This document shows, one piece after another, positions 37,661 through 43,134 of a stretch of DNA of 43,134 nucleotides (position 1 is its first letter; each line of letters starts with the position of its first letter). Both the position numbers and the translations under genes were made by a program. Source of the DNA: Dimorphilus gyrociliatus (Eukaryota > Animalia > Annelida); NCBI GenBank assembly GCA_904063045.1, contig CAJFCJ010000005.1, positions 4,469,933-4,513,066 on the forward strand, written 5' to 3'. The notes under the pieces are model-generated. The model did not search any database, was not told the DNA's origin, and saw only the letters and a list, made by a program, of their open reading frames with translations.

Positions 37661-38287
37661 ATCATATTTGAAGGATTTTCAAGTGACTACAGTCCAATCC
37701 AACATTAAGGTGTTTTATTAGTGTGAAGATCTTTTGACTAGACTTATCAGGGTACAAAGACTAAATGCTCCGTTTATAGGTGCATTTTTCAAATGACTAT
37801 GTACAACTTTATATTGTATTGTTGGTAAAGCTATGACATTATTTTTAAAAATGATTAATCCGCCTGGAGGAAGCGACATTCTCCATTTAAGACTCCCTAA
37901 CAACCTAGGTGAAAAAAGTCATAAAAATATCTGTTTTGATATATAACTTCTACAGAAGGCAATAAGATTGAAATATTTAAAGATAAATCAGAGAATATTA
38001 CCAAATATGGAGAGTTGAAAGATGATTATTATTTGCACAAAATACATGTTTGTTTATTGTTTATTTTCTCTTTTTAACATTAAAGTGTACGCTTGAAAGT
38101 AGTGACAAACTTGATAATTTAGGAATTGTAGTAATTGAGTTTTTATGGATCAAAGAAGTTATCCAGAATTGTCCTGTGGTGCAAAGGTGTAAAAAGTTTC
38201 CTTTCCGGTCAAGAGTGTTATTAGCACATTTCTTGCAAGAAGTTTAGGTTAAAAGCAAAAAGTAGCCAATCATTCTGTGATTGAACA

Positions 38288-40675
38288 CTAATTTTGGTTG
38301 GAGCGAAAATATGAACTTATTTGATAGTTTTTTTCAAGAATCATCCATATTACACAGAAAACAAAAACTACTATGGTAAGCAGGATTTCTACTGTCAATC
38401 GAGGTATAAAGTATATTTTACCTTGGATTACTGTCTCTCTTACTATGCTACGTAAAGCCTGTATCTCGGAAATATGAAGATCAATATGTAAAATATTGAC
38501 ACACTTCAAAGTTTTTGCCGATCTAAGCCCTTCTAAAATATATATAAATGAATTGGTTAAACATCGATTCCATCCAAGATTAATTGTTTCTATCTTAGAG
38601 CAACGTGCTAAAAGGGTTGCCATATTTATACATTGATCAGTGTTCAAATTGCATTTATGAAAATCTATATTCTTCAGAGAATTTGATGAATAATAAAGTC
38701 CTTGACAAATATATCTTAATCCAATTCCAGTCTTATCATTCCCTCCCAAGATAATTGTTTCTATTATAGAACAATTTTGAAATAGATTTCCCATCTTTTC
38801 GCTCTGTTGTACGTTTAAATTACAATATTCAAAATTGATATTCGTTAAAAAATTTGATGAGTGAATAAGACTTTCGAAAATATCAATTAATCCATTTTTC
38901 ATCATTTTATTCCATCCAAAATTAATTGTTTCTAATATAAAACAATTTTTTAACAATTTTCCAATCTGTTTACAATCTTCTTCTTGTAAATCACATGAAT
39001 GAAAATCAATATTTTTCAAGGTATTTGAAGAATGAACGAGTCCTTTACATATATTTTCCATTCCTCTTTGTATCTTCGAATTTCCTCTAAGATTAATTGT
39101 TTCTATTTTGGAACATGTCTCCAACATATCTCCAATTCTAATACCTTCATTTTTTTCCAAATTACAATGGTTAAATTTGATATTTGCTAAAGTATTTGAT
39201 GAATGAACAAGTGTTTCAAGGATATATTTTAATCCATTTCCCATATTTCTATTCCATCCTAGATTGATAGTTTCTACATGAGAACAACTTTTCAACAGGT
39301 TACCTAAACTTCCACATAGCTTTTCATTCAATTTACAATTATGAAAATCAATGTTTCGCAGAGTTTTTGAAGATTGAAGAAGACCTTGACAAACATCTAT
39401 CAATCCATCTTTAATATTTCCATTCCCTCCAACATTTATTCCTTCTATTTGAGAACAATGTGTCAACAGTTTTCCAATCGGTTTAGCTTGTTCTTCTTCC
39501 AAATTACAGCTCTTAAAATTGAGATTTTTCAAAGTATTAGATGAATAGAAGAGTCCATTACAGATATTTTCCAATCCCAATCCCATATTTTTGTTCAGTC
39601 CTAGATCCACTGTTTCTAGTTTAGAGCAATTTTTAAACAAAGTTTCCAACATTGAACAACTTCCACCATTAAAATTACATTTAAAAAAATTGACATTAGT
39701 CAAAGTCTGTGATGATTGGACAAGTCCTTTACAGAAATATAATAATCTGCTTCCAATATTAGCATTCCATTTCAAGTTGATTGATTCAATATTTGAATAA
39801 TTTCCAAGTAAATTTCCAATTTCTTTGTATTCTTCTCCAGTCAATGAAGAATCTTGTAAATTAATTTCTATCAATTGTTTAGTAGATTGAAGAATATCGA
39901 AACCATTTTTAATATTTTCTTTCAATTCCTTTTCATTAAAAACTTTTATTGGATCTTTTTTGTTCTTTATATTATGTGTTATTTTTGTTTTTTCATCATT
40001 TGACCTACTTTGAATGTCGTAATTAGATTGAATATCTCCAGTAATTTCAACGTTTAAATCTGGAATATTTTGCAGAAAATCTTCTATTTGTTTGTTTTGG
40101 TGTAAATTAGAATTAAAACATTTCTCTCTTTCTTCAATAATCGCTTGAAATTTTCTTCTAACTCTTTCAAATTCATTCTGTATTTTCATGTTCAATTCGT
40201 ATTCGCGATGGGAAATTTGAAGTAAAATTCTTTCCCTATTCTCGTTCTCTTTCACTCGGTAATGTCTCATCATTTCTTTTCTTTTTTCAACTATTACCAT
40301 AGGAGATATTTCACAATCCGAGTGCTTTTCTTCCCAACATAAAACACAAATGTTTTCGATATTATGAGTTTGGCAATAAATTGATGTTTCCTCTTCGTGC
40401 TCTTTGCATAAATTATGTTTTTGTATGGATGATTTTTCCAATGAACATTTTAATAGATTTTTTTGCAATCTTTTTATCTGACCTTGAGGTAGTCTGGTCG
40501 TTCTTCTACATTCAGGACAATTAACTAGAGAGTTTTGAATTGGTAGTTTTTCTAAACATTTCAAACAAAATGTATGATGACAGAAAAGTATTCTTGGATC
40601 ATTTTCAACCCACGACTCTAAACAAATAGCGCATATTAGCTCCTCATCTTTAATAAAGTATCCTTTAGCCGCCAT
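38288..40675 (-). CDS. TRIM-like protein: RING - B-box - coiled coil - ribonuclease-inhibitor-type LRRs - hydrophobic C-terminus; single ORF, 795 aa
   Basis: CAIC..CHHTFCLKC..CPEC RING; CKEH.x7.CQTH.x5.CVLC.x4.H B-box; 57-aa double LRR units; tail LTVEILLTIVVFVFCVIWMIL. Confidence 0.92.
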   Translation of the reverse strand: MAAKGYFIKDEELICAICLESWVENDPRILFCHHTFCLKCLEKLPIQNSLVNCPECRRTTRLPQGQIKRLQKNLLKCSLEKSSIQKHNLCKEHEEETSIYCQTHNIENICVLCWEEKHSDCEISPMVIVEKRKEMMRHYRVKENENRERILLQISHREYELNMKIQNEFERVRRKFQAIIEEREKCFNSNLHQNKQIEDFLQNIPDLNVEITGDIQSNYDIQSRSNDEKTKITHNIKNKKDPIKVFNEKELKENIKNGFDILQSTKQLIEINLQDSSLTGEEYKEIGNLLGNYSNIESINLKWNANIGSRLLYFCKGLVQSSQTLTNVNFFKCNFNGGSCSMLETLFKNCSKLETVDLGLNKNMGLGLENICNGLFYSSNTLKNLNFKSCNLEEEQAKPIGKLLTHCSQIEGINVGGNGNIKDGLIDVCQGLLQSSKTLRNIDFHNCKLNEKLCGSLGNLLKSCSHVETINLGWNRNMGNGLKYILETLVHSSNTLANIKFNHCNLEKNEGIRIGDMLETCSKIETINLRGNSKIQRGMENICKGLVHSSNTLKNIDFHSCDLQEEDCKQIGKLLKNCFILETINFGWNKMMKNGLIDIFESLIHSSNFLTNINFEYCNLNVQQSEKMGNLFQNCSIIETIILGGNDKTGIGLRYICQGLYYSSNSLKNIDFHKCNLNTDQCINMATLLARCSKIETINLGWNRCLTNSFIYILEGLRSAKTLKCVNILHIDLHISEIQALRSIVRETVIQGKIYFIPRLTVEILLTIVVFVFCVIWMILEKNYQISSYFRSNQN

Positions 40676-40743
40676 TTTAATATTGTAAATATGATTAATT
40701 AAGCAACATGGAATATTTTCCTATTTTTATACGTGTGAAAAGG

Positions 40744-40753
40744 GTCACGTGAT
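40744..40753. promoter_or_regulatory. E-box/CLEAR-like GTCACGTGAT upstream of the RING-LRR gene
   Basis: About 70 bp upstream of the ATG at 40675. Confidence 0.4.
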
Positions 40754-41012
40754 TAAAGTCATGGATACAATTGATCAACCGTAAGTGTTCATAACATGTT
40801 ACGATTTAGCCTAAGATTAAAAGAAAACTAAAAATTTTCATACAATTCCAAGAAAGAAAAGAAAGGCAGTTGTCTTCATTTTGTTTTTATTATGAATTAA
40901 GAGATTAGGCCAACATAAATTTTACAGTAAAAAAAAAAAGAACAATTTGACAACACGTTTAGGAACTGATCTAGAATATATAACATAGAACCCATACATA
41001 GTGTTTAAGACT

Positions 41013-42588
41013 TTAAATAAGGTTTTCTTTATAAATGACGATGCATGATAAAAGGATAGATGAGATTAGAGTCATATCAAATTTTCCAGGTATTGAGGCA
41101 GAATCTAAAAAATTGAAAACACTCTTTTAAGAAAAAGATTAAAGAAATCGCAACAGCTTACTTATTGAAAGGGAAGATTTTTGTGCTAATGTATGTCTAG
41201 TTCCATTAACAACATTCCAGGCAGTGCATTCGTAAACCACGTTGCCTGAACCTTCAATTTTCACTTTAGAACTAGTTGAGAGGATAACTTTAGAAGATGC
41301 CTTTTAAGAAAACAAATAGAGGAACAATTTAGAATCAATAAAATGATTTTACTTTTCGCCATTCGTATTTAGGAACTGGATTTCCCATTGCAGTACAAAT
41401 TAGCTCATCACCATTTTTAAGTTTGTCTGAATTATCTTGATCAGACGTAATTTTTATATCACGTACTTTATCTATAAATGAAAGATAATGAATATTTCAA
41501 ATTGAAAATAAAAGAGACGTCTTTACATTCAACGCGAATTTTTATATCATCACTCTTAAATCTAACAAAATCTGTATCGTCATTTCTATACAATTTCACT
41601 TCAAAATACATATTTTGATTATCTATTTTCCAAGTAGCCTTATGTTCCTCTTTAAATTTAGCTAATCCGTCATAAAATATTGATTCAGTCTTCGACGAAG
41701 ATATCCACGTATCATTTACAAAAAGTTTACTACCAAAACTTCCAGCACCCCAGAATTTAAAATCAAATACAACGTTAAATTTTTCACCTTCAATAACAGT
41801 TTTAGGATATTCTTCGGCTGTTGGATTTGATTCTGTAAAGAGAGAGAGAGAGAGAGAGTTAGATATCTTTATTTGCGTGTTTTGAATATACACATTTACC
41901 ATATAAAACTACTCCAGTTTTACGATAATCAGTGCTTGAACCACCCACAATTGAAGCGTTAATATGAAGACCATCAATCTATTATTTTTTATAATAATTT
42001 AAATATTATTTCAAAATTCATAATTCAACTATTTTACTTTTTCCGATGAAGTGACGGTGAAAGTATAGGATGAACTTTCTCCACTAGGCGTTACTTTCCA
42101 TCTATCTTTAAACTTTGCATCAAAGTTTGGAGGTTCAAATATACTAGCCGATGTATCATTGTACAAACTTTCTAATCGAATTTGTTTAGCTTCTAAAAAA
42201 GAACATAAAAAGCGAAAATAGAAAAAAAAAGATCGTTAAGCGAACTGTTTCACCGCTAAGCGAATAATGTATATCAAACGTATCTCCCAGTTTTGCTACG
42301 ACATACTTTGGAGCGGAAAGGAATGTTACTGCAAAATAAACAAAATTCACTATATATAAATAGAGATAATTAACAGGTTTTACCCGCAAAATTTGGTGTC
42401 ATACAATTAAAAATTGTTACGATATTTAACAATCTTTTAAACGTGTTTATCATCTTTGTATGATCTATAAATAGAAAGTATCAAGGGCCATAAATGAAAA
42501 CGGCCATAAATGAAATATTTGAAAGTTAGATTTCAGCCTGGGAAATGGTTAGGAGGAATAAGATAACTGTTGATATGTTCTTATCCAT
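41013..42588 (-). CDS. Multi-exon Ig-superfamily surface protein (signal peptide, beta-sandwich domains, Ig domain, hydrophobic GPI-like tail)
   Basis: MDKNISTVILFLLTISQ; exons include DELICTAMGNPVPKYEWRK and VVYECTAWNVVNG; last exon SASIPGKFDMTLISSILLSCIVIYKENLI*. The first splice donor is not canonical. Confidence 0.7.
41839..41858. repeat. (AG)n microsatellite; forms the polypyrimidine tract of an intron on the minus strand
   Basis: AGAGAGAGAGAGAGAGAGAG. Confidence 0.85.
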
Positions 42589-42805
42589 ATCAAGGTATAG
42601 TATTATTAAACGGTTAAAGGATTTCGTTGACCTTCTATGTTGTTTTATATAGAGAAATTTTATTCGTAATCTTTCTCTCTCTATTTTGCAGTTGGTAATA
42701 TTATAGTTCATTCTCTTACCTTCTCAATTGATTTGTTTTATCAGTTCCAATGGCGGATAGACTGAACGAATAAAGGAGAATTCTATGAAACTATTTTAGT
42801 GCAAT

Positions 42806-42815
42806 GTCACGTGAT
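42806..42815. promoter_or_regulatory. E-box/CLEAR-like GTCACGTGAT upstream of the Ig gene
   Basis: About 220 bp upstream of the ATG at 42588. Confidence 0.4.
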
Positions 42816-43134
42816 CAACCCCTCTACAAAGCACCAGTTTTTTCGTTTGAGATGTCTATGAGGTTTGCACTGTGCTGGCTTTTAGAAATACTGACCTACT
42901 TTCGTGCCACAGGCAAACGCGCTGTTTTTTTTATAGATAATTACTGCTATTTACATCCTAACTTGAATATTAAAATTGCTTAATATATAAATATATTAAC
43001 TCGAGTGGATATTAGTTTAATCTAATAGTATTTAAGAGAATCCCAGTGACGAAAAATAGTTCCAAATAAAATATATAGTGTCCATAAATAGTTTCCCCCC
43101 AGAGATTTATTTCAAAAGTCTAAAGAATTTAGCT

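Noticed and set aside
42486-42517. GGCCATAAATGAAA direct repeat x2
   Set aside because: Short local duplication, probably intronic, with no further structure.

Overview
AT-rich eukaryotic (animal) chromosome end with a (CCCTAA)n, i.e. TTAGGG-type, telomere at 1-457 and very short GT-AG introns. The gene content suggests a compact-genome invertebrate, possibly a spiralian such as an annelid; this is inference and cannot be verified here. The distal ~16 kb is a subtelomeric mosaic. It contains: an LRR-GPCR fragment capped in-frame by the telomere; a Ty3/gypsy pol carrying an unusual acidic tandem repeat between protease and RT and lacking RNase H; a decayed Penelope-type hammerhead ribozyme; Tc1 and Mutator (MULE) relics; MITEs containing telomere-like repeats; and a SEA-domain pseudo-protease gene. 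Proximally lie genes for cell-surface or recognition proteins: an SRCR/LDLa/LRR 7TM receptor (GRL101-like), a lectin-PAN gene, a ~12 kb Bark/Anakonda-like + VWD + EGF + cadherin receptor, an intronless RING-B-box-LRR protein and an Ig-domain protein. Two N-gaps (1100-1922, 23120-23467) and several single-base homopolymer frameshifts limit certainty about intactness. Domain calls come from motif recognition by eye, not database searches.
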